Counted from the stretch's first letter, positions 21,886 through 33,638 are shown. The stretch: DNA of 64,000 nt from Candidatus Bathyarchaeota archaeon (GCA_963775685.1 CAVZJV010000014.1:288001-352000); one strand, 5' to 3'. Notes: generated by a model not told the origin, from the sequence alone. Translations and numbers: made by a program.

Positions 21886-22980
21886 TTGAAAATTATTGAA
21901 AAAAATCTCAATCAAGGCTTTGTTAAAGTGGTGCCTGATTCGTCAGACGACCTATGGCACCTGTACAACGTTGTATTCAAAGGCGACGAAGTGTACGCTA
22001 TGACTTCACGAGCCATCAAAAGCGACACAGCGACCTCTAGGCCAAAGAGTGCTGAGCGTGTTTCTGCTTTTATGGGCGTTAAAGTGGAGTCAGTTGGCTG
22101 GGACAAGTTTCTAGGAAAGCTCCGCGTTCACGGTTTGATTTGTCATGCTCCAGACATTATTCCTACAGGCGCCCACCATACACTCAGCATCGCGCTCAAT
22201 CAGCCTATGACGATTGTGAAGAAAGAATGGCCCAAACACCTCTTGGACAGATTAATTAAAGCTAGCGAAGCTGAAAAACCACTCTTAATCCTCTCCATAG
22301 ACGATGAGGGCTTTGCTATTGCTGAAACTAAACAGTACGGTTATGAAACTCGAGTTGATCAACGCATGAGGCTTCCGGGAAAAGTGGAAGCAGATAAACG
22401 GGTGGAAGCTACAAAAGTTTATTTTAAACTTGCTTTAACGAGCCTAAACAAGCTATGGTCACAAAACCACAATCCCATAGTCATCATCGGCGCAGGCTAC
22501 GTTAAAACTGACTTTGTCAAATACGTCAACGAGGAATCTAAGGAAATGTCTCGTGCCGTGGTTGATATTAAAAGTGTTAACAATGGAGGCACAGCAGGAA
22601 TCGACGAAGCCCTACGTTCGGGGGTTTTGTTGAAGGCAGCGCATCAGCTTAGGGTCGTTGACGAAACTGAAACCATGGAGGAAGTCATGAAGCGCTTAGG
22701 CAAAGGTGAAGGAACAGTCACTTATGGCTTGGACGCTGTTGAGAACGCGGTGATGATGGGGGCAGTTGAGAAGCTGGTGATTGCCGATACGAAGCTCCGC
22801 GAAGCAGACGAATCGATACGCCTTAAACTTGAAGATCTAATGCACCAGGTTGAAAAACGGAATGCCCCTATAACGGTGGTCAGTACAGAACATGAGGCAG
22901 GAGCGAAACTCATATCGCTCGGCGGAATCGTTGCCTTACTAAGGTATCCACTATACATAGATACCCCGACTAACCGCTAA
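21886..22980 (+). CDS. pelA: mRNA surveillance protein pelota
   Basis: DDLWHLYNV, GAHHTL, LGGIVALLRY. Confidence 0.95.
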   Translation: MKIIEKNLNQGFVKVVPDSSDDLWHLYNVVFKGDEVYAMTSRAIKSDTATSRPKSAERVSAFMGVKVESVGWDKFLGKLRVHGLICHAPDIIPTGAHHTLSIALNQPMTIVKKEWPKHLLDRLIKASEAEKPLLILSIDDEGFAIAETKQYGYETRVDQRMRLPGKVEADKRVEATKVYFKLALTSLNKLWSQNHNPIVIIGAGYVKTDFVKYVNEESKEMSRAVVDIKSVNNGGTAGIDEALRSGVLLKAAHQLRVVDETETMEEVMKRLGKGEGTVTYGLDAVENAVMMGAVEKLVIADTKLREADESIRLKLEDLMHQVEKRNAPITVVSTEHEAGAKLISLGGIVALLRYPLYIDTPTNR

Positions 22981-23229
22981 AACCCCAATGGCAACGCCTA
23001 AATTCTGATGTTATGGCAAGAGAGATGTCTTTTTTGAGTACCAGTTGCAAGCGGTAGTTTTAGCTCTTAGTTTGTTTCATAATGTTGTTGGAAACAACAA
23101 AAAAAGCCCCAAAAGACCTATTCCATCACCAATAGATGCATAAACAACCTAAATAGTGGTTTTAGACCCTTTATAAATAGATGCTTTATATATCCCTTAT
23201 ATCATTTAAATACTAAATCGTGAGTTGAC

Positions 23230-23793
23230 ATGAGTAAAAGAAAACCGATCATTAAGATCCAAAACATTGTTGCTTCTGTCTCACTTAATCAAAAAATTGA
23301 CCTGCAAAAAATTGTTGAGAAATTTCCTCAAACTGAATACAACCCTAGTGTTTTTCCAGGCCTTGTCTTTCGTCTAAAAAAACCAAAAACCGCTACCTTG
23401 ATCTTTGGCACAGGTAAAATGGTGTGTACAGGTGCTAAGTCTGAAAAAGAATCGCGAAGCGCAGTAGAAAAAGTTGTTAAAGAACTTCGCGGCGAAGGCA
23501 TCCAAATTACAGAAAAACCCATCGTCAACATTCAAAACATCGTTGCCTCAGCTGAACTTGGCGGAGAAATCGACCTTGAAAGTCTCGTTTACAAACTCAG
23601 TAAGGTCATGTATGAACCAGAACAGTTTCCGGGTGCAGTGTACCGTATGGATGAACCCAAAGTTGTGTTCCTTATCTTCAGCGCAGGCAAACTTGTGTGT
23701 GTGGGAGCCAAGAAAGAAGAGCAAGTCTATGAAGCAGTCGACAAAATCCAGCTACTACTCGAAGAAAAAGAACTCATTTATTACCCCTCTTAA
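23230..23793 (+). CDS. tbp: TATA-box binding protein
   Basis: Two IQNIVAS repeats, YEPEQFPG. Confidence 0.97.
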   Translation: MSKRKPIIKIQNIVASVSLNQKIDLQKIVEKFPQTEYNPSVFPGLVFRLKKPKTATLIFGTGKMVCTGAKSEKESRSAVEKVVKELRGEGIQITEKPIVNIQNIVASAELGGEIDLESLVYKLSKVMYEPEQFPGAVYRMDEPKVVFLIFSAGKLVCVGAKKEEQVYEAVDKIQLLLEEKELIYYPS

Positions 23794-24500
23794 CCTTCCT
23801 TTTTCATTCTTCGTCTAACCGCAGGATTCATTTCCGAGAGTTTTTTTAAAGCCAACTCAAACGGCTCATCCTGCAAAAGTTCTTTTTTGACGAAAACCCC
23901 TGTTCTGCCCACTGCATCACGCTTTAAAAGCGCATGGACTCTGTCCAAAACCGTTTCTGCTGAGACATCCAAGATTTTTGCTGCAAACTCTTCCTGGCCA
24001 ACTATACAGCTCTCAACATGACCTGTTTCTGTTGGTTCGATGAGCATAAGTCGTTTATCCACACCAGCAACGCGAACATTTGATTTAAGTTTGTTAAGGT
24101 TTGCTTCGCCCCCGAAGCGATAAAATTCTCTCTCTACACGACGCATCTCCATGAGCGGAAATGAAACGGTGGTTTGTTCGTCAACTTCTATATGGGCTTT
24201 CATGGCATAAGACGGTGTAGCTTGAACAATAAGCCGTAAGTTTATAGGTATTTTTTCTTTTTCAAGTGCTGTTTCCACTTGGAAGCTGTTTTGAATTTCA
24301 GGGATGAAAACATCCACGTCGCTTCTAAGTTTAACGTCTCCTCTGGCTATACTGCCATGTGTAAGTGAATGCAAATGAAGCGCATCTAGCGCCTCCATGA
24401 CCCAGATTGCTTTGCGTCTCAGTTCCTTTAACTGTTGCCAACGTAAACTGGAATAGGTAACTTCCTTGTATTCTCCATGTTTGGTTGGTTTAACAGCCAT
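23790..24500 (-). CDS. Pol-beta-like nucleotidyltransferase domain protein (conserved archaeal family)
   Basis: HGSIARGD...SDVDV; an alternative TTG start exists at 24512. Confidence 0.8.
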   Translation of the reverse strand: MAVKPTKHGEYKEVTYSSLRWQQLKELRRKAIWVMEALDALHLHSLTHGSIARGDVKLRSDVDVFIPEIQNSFQVETALEKEKIPINLRLIVQATPSYAMKAHIEVDEQTTVSFPLMEMRRVEREFYRFGGEANLNKLKSNVRVAGVDKRLMLIEPTETGHVESCIVGQEEFAAKILDVSAETVLDRVHALLKRDAVGRTGVFVKKELLQDEPFELALKKLSEMNPAVRRRMKKEG

Positions 24501-24578
24501 CTTGTCTGCCAATTTAATGATTTAGTTCGGCATGGTTTATTTAGTTTAGTTTTCAATCAAGCTACAGAAGGAAAACTG

Positions 24579-25523
24579 ATGGATACCCCTCTCTGCAGCG
24601 CTTGCAAAACTCGCCAAGCCATCTTTTACAGGCAATACTCGGGTCAAAGACTATGCAAAAACTGCTTCACCCAATCTATCGAGGCAAAAGTACGTGCAAC
24701 CATAGCTCGGCACCATATGCTTGGTTTCGATGACCATTTGGCAGTGGCAGTTTCAGGTGGCAAAGATAGCCTCGCTATACTACACATTCTTGCAAAAATA
24801 AAACGGAATAGACCAAAGACCACTCTAACCGCTGTTACGGTGGATGAAGGTATAAAAGGCTACCGAGATGAAGCCCTCCAAATAGCTGCTGTTAACTGCC
24901 AGAAACTTGAAATCCCCCATCAGATAGTCTCGTTTAAGGAACTTTACGGTTTTACTCTAGACGAAATGATTTTTAGAGCCCGAGAAAGGGGGCAAACAGA
25001 GTTGACTGCTTGTGCTTACTGCGGTGTTCTGCGGCGTAAAGCCATCAACGATGGGGCACGGCAAGTTAAAGCCAATAAAGTCGCCACCGGTCACACTTTG
25101 GATGATGAAGTGCAGACGGTTCTGATGAATATTTTGCGAGGAGACATCGCAAGGTTAGCCAAGGAAAAACCTGTGTCCGCCGAAGTTCACCCCATGTTTG
25201 TGCAAAAAATTAAGCCCTTTTGTGAAATCCCCGAGAAAGAAAGCGCTCTCTATGCTTACGTTAAAAAAATAGATTTCCAAGACACTCCTTGCCCGTATGC
25301 TTCTGAGGCTTTACGCAACGACATCAGAGGGATGCTTAACCGAATGGAAGAGAAACACGCTGGAACCAAATTCACTGTATCAAAAGCTATTGAGCGTTTG
25401 CGTCCCGCTCTGGAACTAACGGTTCAGAAAGAAGCAGAGGGTTTTAGAAACTGTGATGAATGTGGTGAGCCGTCAGCTTTGGATTTGTGTAAAGCATGTG
25501 AAATGCTTCGCCAGGTACGTTAA
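24579..25523 (+). CDS. tRNA 2-thiolation protein (NcsA/TtuA/Ctu1, TIGR00269 family)
   Basis: N- and C-terminal Zn fingers, SGGKDS PP-loop, CAYCGVLRR, TGHTLDD, CPY. Confidence 0.9.
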   Translation: MDTPLCSACKTRQAIFYRQYSGQRLCKNCFTQSIEAKVRATIARHHMLGFDDHLAVAVSGGKDSLAILHILAKIKRNRPKTTLTAVTVDEGIKGYRDEALQIAAVNCQKLEIPHQIVSFKELYGFTLDEMIFRARERGQTELTACAYCGVLRRKAINDGARQVKANKVATGHTLDDEVQTVLMNILRGDIARLAKEKPVSAEVHPMFVQKIKPFCEIPEKESALYAYVKKIDFQDTPCPYASEALRNDIRGMLNRMEEKHAGTKFTVSKAIERLRPALELTVQKEAEGFRNCDECGEPSALDLCKACEMLRQVR

Positions 25524-25726
25524 GCTTTATGGTTTGTTTTCTGTTGGCTTTTGAGTTTGCGCAGCATCTCTGAAGCTTCGGAAGCATTTTCGGCGGCTGC
25601 TATTCTTTGGGTTTTTTGGAGGTTTACGTTTGTGCCGCAGTAGGGGCAAATTTTACTCTTCTGTCCAATGGCACATAGCATTAAACCGCCACATTTTGTG
25701 CATTTTACGATAAGTGTTGCGCCCAT
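25520..25726 (-). CDS. Zn-ribbon protein (DUF1922-like)
   Basis: CTKCG and CPYCG. Confidence 0.7.
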   Translation of the reverse strand: MGATLIVKCTKCGGLMLCAIGQKSKICPYCGTNVNLQKTQRIAAAENASEASEMLRKLKSQQKTNHKA

Positions 25727-25796
25727 TTTGTTTTTCTTCCGAAAGCCTTTTCATCAAACAGGTTGATTAATTGTTTGGTAGGGAACAGAGAGCGTT

Positions 25797-26159
25797 ATGA
25801 GTGTTGATGAAGAGCAGTTCAAGTCAAGGTCTCAGTTGACTGATTTGGCTGTTGTGTACTTTAAGAAAGAAGGCTACAAGGTTAACAGCGAAAACGTCAA
25901 GCTTGAAGGACACACCGGCGTTAGCAGGCATTTTGATTTGATTGTCCAGAAAGGTCGACTTGAGCAGGGCGTTTGGGTCAGGGATTGGAACCGCACGATC
26001 GGAGTTAACGTTATCATAAACCTTGATATGTCTTCGGAAGATGTGGATTTGTCAAGTCCTATTATGATTGGAGGAAAATTCAGCGATCACGCCAAATCTT
26101 ACAGCAACCGACGGAAAATCACGTTGCTTACGAAGCAGAAAATCGGCAGTTTCCGATAA
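25797..26159 (+). CDS. Mrr-type restriction-endonuclease-fold protein
   Basis: GYKV...GHTGVSRHFDLIV...VWVRDW...IGV...FSDHAKSY; the D/ExK motif is degenerate. Confidence 0.65.
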   Translation: MSVDEEQFKSRSQLTDLAVVYFKKEGYKVNSENVKLEGHTGVSRHFDLIVQKGRLEQGVWVRDWNRTIGVNVIINLDMSSEDVDLSSPIMIGGKFSDHAKSYSNRRKITLLTKQKIGSFR

Positions 26160-26741
26160 CTACTCTTTCAGGTACTCGTCAGTTAATCCTTCCCTTTCCA
26201 ACATGCCAAGCCAATCTACCGTGCCAACAATACAGGTTTTTCGTTTCTCCAAAACATCAACAATTTCATTTATTACCTGCTCAACGGACTTGCCTGTAAC
26301 ATCTAACTCGCAAACCCTGCCAGCATGAGCCTCAACAGCTTCGCCTAGGCAAATATCTATAATTTCTGCTTGAAGGTTTTCCCACATTTTAGTGCCGCTG
26401 TACCCACATTTCTCCATAAGATGTTTGAGTTCCACCGGGTTTCTGCGTAGTACAAAAACGTGAGCAACATGCTCGGTTGAAGTAACAGCGCTGGCGTAGT
26501 GACCGTCTATGATGATATTGACACTCTCAGAGGCATCTATGATTTCAGAGATTTTTTGCTGCATACTTCCCTCATTAATTATGATGGTGTCCCGCTCTTT
26601 ATCTTCTCCCAAAATTAAATTGTAGGTCTTGGCGAAGTCTGTTAAGTTAATGTATTGAGCGTTTAGTTTGGTTGCTAACGCTTTGGCGGTGGTTGTTTTC
26701 CCCGTGCATGGTGTACCTGTTATGAGAATTACACGTTTCAT
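26160..26741 (-). CDS. Adenylate kinase AK6/Fap7 family
   Basis: ITGTPCTGKTT, IIDGH, ENLQAEI. Confidence 0.9.
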   Translation of the reverse strand: MKRVILITGTPCTGKTTTAKALATKLNAQYINLTDFAKTYNLILGEDKERDTIIINEGSMQQKISEIIDASESVNIIIDGHYASAVTSTEHVAHVFVLRRNPVELKHLMEKCGYSGTKMWENLQAEIIDICLGEAVEAHAGRVCELDVTGKSVEQVINEIVDVLEKRKTCIVGTVDWLGMLEREGLTDEYLKE

Positions 26742-26982
26742 GGATGTATCTTTATTGGAGTTGTAAATATTTATTTTGTCTATGATTTTTAGTTAACTTT
26801 CATTATAGCATATTGTATGAAGAGCGATAAGGTCTACTTAGAAAAGTTCTTTGTCTTGTGACTTCTCCCTTAATTATGTAAATAAAATAGTAATAAAACT
26901 TGAAAATTCTAAAGGCAGAGTCAATAACCCTAAGTTAAATAATATGTTACAAAAAAAGAAAAAGGGATTTTATTTTTGGCGA

Positions 26983-29633
26983 TTAAGGGTGTTTTCGGAG
27001 TATTAGAAACCCAACTATTGCTATTGCAACAATTATGGCGATTACTCCTGTCGCCAAGTATGTTAACAGGTCTGCTGTTGTTGCCAAGCTTTGCTGGGGT
27101 GCGGCGGTTGCAGCAGGTGTTACTGTGTCGCTAGCATGGGCATAGGTTGAAGCTGATGATGGCCAATATGATTCTGAACCTGCAAAAGTTGCGGTAATTT
27201 GGTAGTCACCTGATATTTCAGGTGTCCATGTAAATCCGAAGGCGCCTGAGTCGTCGCTTGTGGTAGTCCCGATTACTCTTTGATTATGGTTTGAGTCGAC
27301 AACGCTGATGACAATTTGTACACCTGATGTATGTGTTGGTTTTACCTGTTGTTGATAGACGTATTCCATCCATTTGCTCTGACTTTCGTCAGAAACACAC
27401 GGTAATCCATGGGGGAATGTCGCTGCGACTACGTTTTGTTTTGATCCGGCAGAGACATCCATGACTGTGCCTGTGATAGTTATAGGTGTGTTGGTTGAAA
27501 CTCCGACTGCTGGAGCTGTTACTGTTACTGCGCTTGGTCCTTTGCCGAAGGCATATACTTGGTTGTCGTATGCGTTTAGCGATAGGAGAATGCCATAAGA
27601 GATTTCTGTTGATGTGACGCTGGTGTCTAGTTCGCTCCAGACCAGATTGCCGTTAGTGACGTTTACTGCTAATAGTTGTGCTCCATGGAATAGGGGTGGG
27701 TTGTATTCGTGGCCAATGGCAAAGTAAGCTACGTCTGTTGAGATACATGAGCTACTAAATACCCACAGTGGCCAGATGTCATAAGGCGTTTCAATTCCTG
27801 GGTCACCGATTAGTTGTGTGGTGTTTGTGTACCATTTCACGCTTCCATCTCCTATGTTTTGGCACCAGAGATCTCCTCCTAAACCTTCCCAGAAGATTAC
27901 GCCGTTTCCAAAGTAGGGCTTAAGGCTGAAGAGGTCATAGTGATTTGGTTCGCCACCGTTGAGTCCTGTTAGAGTTTTCTCCCACACTTTAGCGCCTGTT
28001 CGCGTGTTGAAGGCTGCAACAACGTATTAACGTCGTTGGCAATAACGATTAGTCCATTTCCGTATGTCTCAGTAGTTCTTGTGAAGGGTAATAGGGCTGC
28101 TGTTTGTGCTTGTGTTATGTTTTGTGTTATTACCTGGGCACCAGTGTTCATATCCATAGTTGCTATGACGAGCCAACCAGGTGTTTCTCCTCCAACTCCT
28201 TGTCCGTGAACGAATCCACCTGTCAATACAATTTCGTTGCCAGTTATTGAGTTCATCGAGAGGGCTGGATTTATTGCTGCACCTGAAATATTAGTTGCTA
28301 TTGGCATAGACCACATTTCTCCATTACTCATCGGGCGCACTGTGTTTACTGATGGATTCCATTGTTGACTTGTTTGTCCAATCGCCATCGTCATGTTAAC
28401 ACACGTTAAATGAGGTCCTGTATTTGTTACTGGTACGTTTTGTCCAGCGACTGGATGTGTCATTTCAGTTCCGACGGTGTTGTTTATGTAGTAACCTATC
28501 ATGTTTCCGCTTTCATCAGTTCTAAGGCTCAGAGCAGAACCGTTGACGACACTAAGGACATACTTGCCGGTTAAACCATCGTACATGTTCCATTGTGTTC
28601 CGCTGTTTACGACTTGATTGCCGCCGGTATCCGCTGCAGGCAGCGTTCCAGTTGTCCAGATGTATGGTCCGACAACGCCGTATTGATTAATTGCTTTAAA
28701 GTTTACGTTCATGCCGCAACGCAATGCGTTAGTTGTGTTTATCACCCAAAGATCCTGTCCTGTGTAGATGTCAACAGCTTTGACTCCGTTGGAGTAGGCT
28801 GTGGTTGTTGTATACCATGTTGAATACATTATGCCGTTCATTACAACTGGGGCGTATTTGGGTTCATACTGAGAGGTTGACCAGTAGTGGCTGTCTTGTT
28901 CATTTCCGCCTAGGTCTCCACCGACTACACCTCCTTCTGCCCAAGGTTTCGTCCAGAGAATATGGCCGCTGTTAACTGATGCAGTATATGGGTTGTAGAA
29001 GCTGCTGACGTTGTAGCCGCCAGTTTGCGCAAAAGAAACTGAACCATATCCTAGCCATGCACCGGTCAGAGTATACCAATTCTGCACATTCTGTGCCGTA
29101 ACTGGGGTCTGCCAGTAGCTTGTCGGAAGTGGAGTGAACGGATATCCTTGGTGCTCTACTGGGTCTTGTTGTACCGTAAGTGATGCTATGTTGCTCTCAC
29201 TGGGTGCATTAATAAGGCCTGCCCAACGACTGTTTGTTGCAAGAGTTTGTCCACCATAGAAGAATTGGAAAGTATAAGTGCCCACTTGGTCTGGAACGAT
29301 GTTTGTGTATGAGCCGCCAGTAAGATCGGATGTGAATGGTCCTAGGGTTTTAACTGTTCCATCAGGTAATGTCTCTCTGACTGTCATGTTCACTGCGTAT
29401 TCCACAGTTTCCATAGGTGTTGCTAAGAAGAAGTTTACGTTGACTGTTTGGCCGACTCCGACTGGATTAGGAGCAACGTTAATGTAAGCATACGTTGGAA
29501 TGACTGTTCCCGTTGGAGGATAGACTTGTCCTACCACGTTTGGTGATAATGTCAGCGACGTTGCCATTGAAATTGTTAAGAGTGTTACAATCAAAATAGC
29601 CATAGTTTTATTTTTTAAATTTTGCATTTTCAT
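26983..29633 (-). CDS. Large secreted, membrane-anchored PQQ-like beta-propeller protein; frameshift near 28010
   Basis: Signal peptide, propeller repeats (AVDIYTGQDLW, AVNVTNGNLVW), C-terminal TM plus RKHP; split over two ORFs. Confidence 0.8.
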
Positions 29634-29908
29634 TTTTTCTTTCTTCTTTGTTTTTTAAACGAAAAAAAATTCTTTTTCTCTCGTCCCTTTAACGTATGAA
29701 AATTGCCACTATTTATAATCTTGCTTATTGACTATTGCCGTTTCTAAAAAATCCATACAAATAATATTATTTCATTAAATTTTGCAAAAGTATTGAATCA
29801 ATACATAACTTGCTTACAATCTTTGATGAAAAGAAACGGCCTTTACGTCTTCCTGCCAAGGTGGAGACGTAGGGTATGTTTATTGGGTGGGTTTATCCAC
29901 TTCATGTG

Positions 29909-30217
29909 GGCTGGCGAGTTGGTGTGTGGCTGTCGGATCCAAATTTGGGTCTGAGGAAACTCCGCCCACATGTAGAATTGCAGTCCCTTGGGACAGCGCG
30001 AGAGCGTTGGCAACGGAGCAGAAACGAAACGTCCACCCAGACTTGGCGATGAGACATTTGTGATGTCGAGTGCGCTGGACTGGAAACGGTGAAACGGCCG
30101 TCCTGCAAGTGGAAAGGGCAAACAGTCGCCGATGAAGTATCTACCGGAAGGCGCGGGTAGCCCGATTAGCCGAATGCCACAGAAAACAGAAGGCGGGTTA
30201 CAACCAACACACCAGCC
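29909..30217 (+). ncRNA. rnpB: Archaeal RNase P RNA
   Basis: CR-I GAGGAAACTCCGCCC, CAGAAACG, GGTGAAACGGC, CR-V ACAGAAGGCGGGTTA; the 5' GGCTGG..GTTGGT pairs with the 3' ACCAAC..CCAGCC (P1). Confidence 0.93.
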
Positions 30218-30228
30218 TATTTTACTAA
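30190..30228 (+). repeat. attL-like direct repeat (3' end of rnpB)
   Basis: AAGGCGGGTTACAACCAACACACCAGCCTATTTTACTAA, 37/39 identical to 35661-35699. Confidence 0.9.
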
Positions 30229-30242
30229 TACACCAGCCCTGA

Positions 30243-31422
30243 TTACTCATTGCGTTTTTTCGCCTTCCTAAACAGCATAATACCTTGAGGAGTAGTGACA
30301 ACATACTGCCAACATTGCTCTATCAGTTCGCCGGCTTCTTTAGCGTCTTTAGCGGTTGCGTGATGATAGCTTTCAGCGTCATCGTCAACGGGAACCAGAT
30401 GAGTATAGACTAATGTGCTGTTTATGTTGCGGTGGCCCAGTAGTTCTTTTACGTGAAGGATGTTTCTTGTTATTGCGTATTCTTTTGGTAGCTTTGAAAT
30501 GTCTAAGACTGTGGAATCTTATTTGTTTGAGGCGTGGATTTTGCAGTTTGATTGATAAGCGTGTTTTTGCCGGTCATATTTCCAGCGAAAAGCGTTAAGG
30601 TTGCCGTTTCCAAAGATGTACTGGTTTGTTTTGGGTAGCATTAGGAGTCTTGACATTAATCGGCTTGATATTTTTGATTTGTCTTGGATTGCCATGTTTT
30701 TCTGCTATGCATTTTAGGGTAAAGTTTTCTTCGTCTAGATCAGTCCATTTGCATTGCCATAATTCGCCTATTCTGAAGCCTGTTTCTTTGAGTGCTAGCA
30801 AACAAGTTCCTACTTTTTTACTGCATGCCAGCTACTAGAGCATCTACTTCTTTTTCCAATGGTACAAAGGGCAGGGATTTCTTGTTTTCATAGTATGGCG
30901 GTTCCCAAGATATTCTCAGCATTTCCGCAAAACTATCATAGGCGCTTACAAAGTTTTGTTTGTATCCGTTGCTCCATTTCTCGTTTGTAGCAAGAATAGT
31001 TCTGTACAGCTTCAGGATCATGCAGATTAACGCCGCTTTTCTCGGAAAGATACCTTAGCAGTTTAACCCTTGTTTTTATCGTTGCATCGCTGTACTTCCC
31101 TTTCTTCTTTAGATACCAAAGGAAATCAATGATTTCGCCTTGAATTTGCGTTTGGTGTGTTTGGTTTCGGCTAATCTCCACAACATCGGTTTTTTGTTGT
31201 GGATCCAAATTTTTCGCCTTGTCTTGCAGGATTGCGCTTAATTGGTGATCGCTATTTGTCCTAGACAATTTAAAAGGGTTTGGTTCACTGAATCTGAGGT
31301 TACAATCATTGCAGTAATAGCGCTGTAAGGTTAAGCCTTCAGCAGTTTGCCTAGTTCCAGCTTTGTCAAAAGGACCTAAAGATCCACATTCTGGGCAGTT
31401 TAGAGGTTGAGGTTGTGAGTTT
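30243..31422 (-). pseudogene. Tyrosine integrase with N-terminal Zn ribbon, multiply frameshifted
   Basis: Fragments CPECG..RYYCNDC, KETGFRIGEL, KHG, FHSLRH, LLGHRNINSTLVYTHL and C-terminal LFRKAK in different frames. Confidence 0.88.
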
Positions 31423-31630
31423 AAAGGATGTTCATAAGCGCCTTACGGATGCTAATATTCAGTTAGCTAATACTAATATCAACTTTGCAAAAGAGGTTAA
31501 GGTGTTAAGTCCTAGTGTGAAGGCTCTGACTGAGACTTTGCTTGGAGCTACGCAGCAGAAACAGCAACTACAAGAAACCAATGTTCCTTCTGAAACTCAT
31601 AGTCAACCGCTTAACCATATCTACGAGTAA
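31415..31630 (+). CDS. Hypothetical coiled-coil fragment
   Basis: 71-aa ORF only. Confidence 0.3.
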   Translation: MSLKDVHKRLTDANIQLANTNINFAKEVKVLSPSVKALTETLLGATQQKQQLQETNVPSETHSQPLNHIYE

Positions 31631-32121
31631 GCGAATCTTAGCCTTCTTATTTTTCTTTTGTATCGGGAAACTGGAAAGCGCTTTCAAATACCCTTTCTTG
31701 CTCTCGGGAGTACCCTTTTAATTACTGTGCGCTGGCTTTAATGGACGCCTTACTTGGATCCGCTTATTTTTAAGTGTTGAACGATTAGCGCGCTGGCCTG
31801 TCCTTAAATTGAAAAGCTTATAACCTAGAAACTGGGTCTCGTGCCATTGAGAATCAATCAAACAAGAAAGTGATCCCTGCGAGACAGGATGAAAACGAGA
31901 CCATGTATGCGCCGGTGCAGGTTTCTCCCGTATCAATCACCTTTTTTCCATTTTTAATCAATCCTTTCCAGATCAAATGCAAATATTTTGGGATACAAAA
32001 CCCGCTCAAAAGCTAGTTTGTGCAAGTTAGTTAAAAGCTAACTTCAAAGGATAACCAGCATAAAAACCCTTTTGATTTCAAGTTACGCTAAGCTCTAGCG
32101 CACTTAATATATAAGAGGCAA

Positions 32122-32931
32122 TTGGCTTCACCATATAACGTGCCACGCAAGCGTAAACAGAACAACCATTTATTCAAATTCATAGTTGTTTTGTTGCTTG
32201 CAGGTATAGCGTTTAGTCTAAACACCATAATAAATGGCACTATAACCCTAACTCCTACATCACAACCAATTAAGGGAAACAATCTTGCTCCAATGTTCCA
32301 AAATGGAATAGCTAATTGTCGTTGGGGTGATGCAAACTTACATGGTGGGAATCCTTATTATGGCACTACACAAGCTGGTGAGATCGACTACAGCAATCTA
32401 TCTCCTAATGGCTATCCTTCGATGAAAATTTATGCTTCTGCACCTGAAATTGATGAATACTTTTATGCTGTGCATCCCGGAGATCATATTGTTTTTTGTG
32501 CTTGGCTGAAAACAGATGGAACTTCTGCTATTCCTTACGGTGTCAATATTGGAATAGACTTTTATGGCAACGGATACAGCATTGACGGTTTACCAAGTAG
32601 CGGTTCAGAACTTAACTATTTTTCAGGAACCACTTGGAATCCTACATCGCCTTCTAATCCTCATTGGGTTAGCACAACTGGTACTGCTGCAGGCTATAAT
32701 GTGATGTATGTCCGTTGGGGAACTACAAATTGGGTGCAAATGCAATATGATTTTATTGTTCCAAATGTTGCATATACTAAATGTCCGTACATAGCTTATC
32801 CTCATACAATTCCATCGACATACATTAACTCTGTAGTTCTATGGGTTGGCTCTCAAGAAGCTGTTGGTAATTTAGTTTATGGCAGTCATACCGCTTGGAT
32901 TGCGGATTCTGAATTTTATATTAACCCATAA
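32122..32931 (+). CDS. Membrane-anchored, secreted beta-rich protein (island cargo)
   Basis: Basic N-terminus plus TM helix; G/Y/W/N-rich carbohydrate-binding-like body. Confidence 0.7.
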   Translation: MASPYNVPRKRKQNNHLFKFIVVLLLAGIAFSLNTIINGTITLTPTSQPIKGNNLAPMFQNGIANCRWGDANLHGGNPYYGTTQAGEIDYSNLSPNGYPSMKIYASAPEIDEYFYAVHPGDHIVFCAWLKTDGTSAIPYGVNIGIDFYGNGYSIDGLPSSGSELNYFSGTTWNPTSPSNPHWVSTTGTAAGYNVMYVRWGTTNWVQMQYDFIVPNVAYTKCPYIAYPHTIPSTYINSVVLWVGSQEAVGNLVYGSHTAWIADSEFYINP

Positions 32932-33313
32932 ATTCCTCTCATAACAATGGAATCAACATGAAACAGCTCCAGTGTGGTTCGCAGATTCAGAACTTCATAT
33001 TAATGTTTGTAGATATGTCGATAAGTTCTTATTCGCTGCCACCCTTCCGCATCTCCCGCACACAACTCCCTTTTTCTTAAAAGGACGCGTATAAACTGAT
33101 TTCACAAATTGTCTCTAAAATTTGTACTTATTTTAAGAATTTGCTAACGATATTAACTTTATAGCCAATGTAATACAGCAGCAGCCACGAAAGGAAGAAA
33201 ACAATTTACCGGTTTCAGACGGTTATTCTCAGCTTAGCTGTATGTATGAATAGTTGATTGTTAAATGCTTATTGTGTTGTGTTATCGCTTAATTTGCCTA
33301 CTTAGTCGGTGCA

Positions 33314-33333
33314 TTACAACCATTACACCAGCC
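33314..33333 (+). repeat. Internal partial att copy
   Basis: TTACAACCATTACACCAGCC, 18/20 identical to 30198-30217. Confidence 0.7.
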
Positions 33334-33350
33334 CAAATCTATAACAGAAG

Positions 33351-33638
33351 GTATATGAAATAACAGAAAACAGCCCTTCAGTTACATACACTAATTCTGA
33401 GGCTTTAGAATATTGGAAAAAGCAATTAGCCAACCGAGACGGCAAAACTGCTGTTCGATATCGCCAATACTTCAAGGGCTTTGTTGAATACATAGGTATG
33501 AAGCCAGACCAAATACTAGCGCAACGAGAACTTGAATTAAGAAGTTTAGACAGAAAAGTGCAGCGGGGATTTGAAAGTGAATTCAAACCCTACCTCGCCA
33601 AGAAAAGAGATGCAGGATTCGAAAGTTTTAAGGCTTAA
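33351..33638 (+). pseudogene. N-terminal core-binding fragment of a second tyrosine integrase
   Basis: EALEYWKKQL..KTAVRYRQYFKGFVEYIGMKPDQILAQRE..; no canonical start and no catalytic domain. Confidence 0.55.

Noticed and set aside
29843-30304. 153-aa minus-strand ORF
   Set aside because: It is antisense to the RNase P RNA and an off-frame read of the integrase end.
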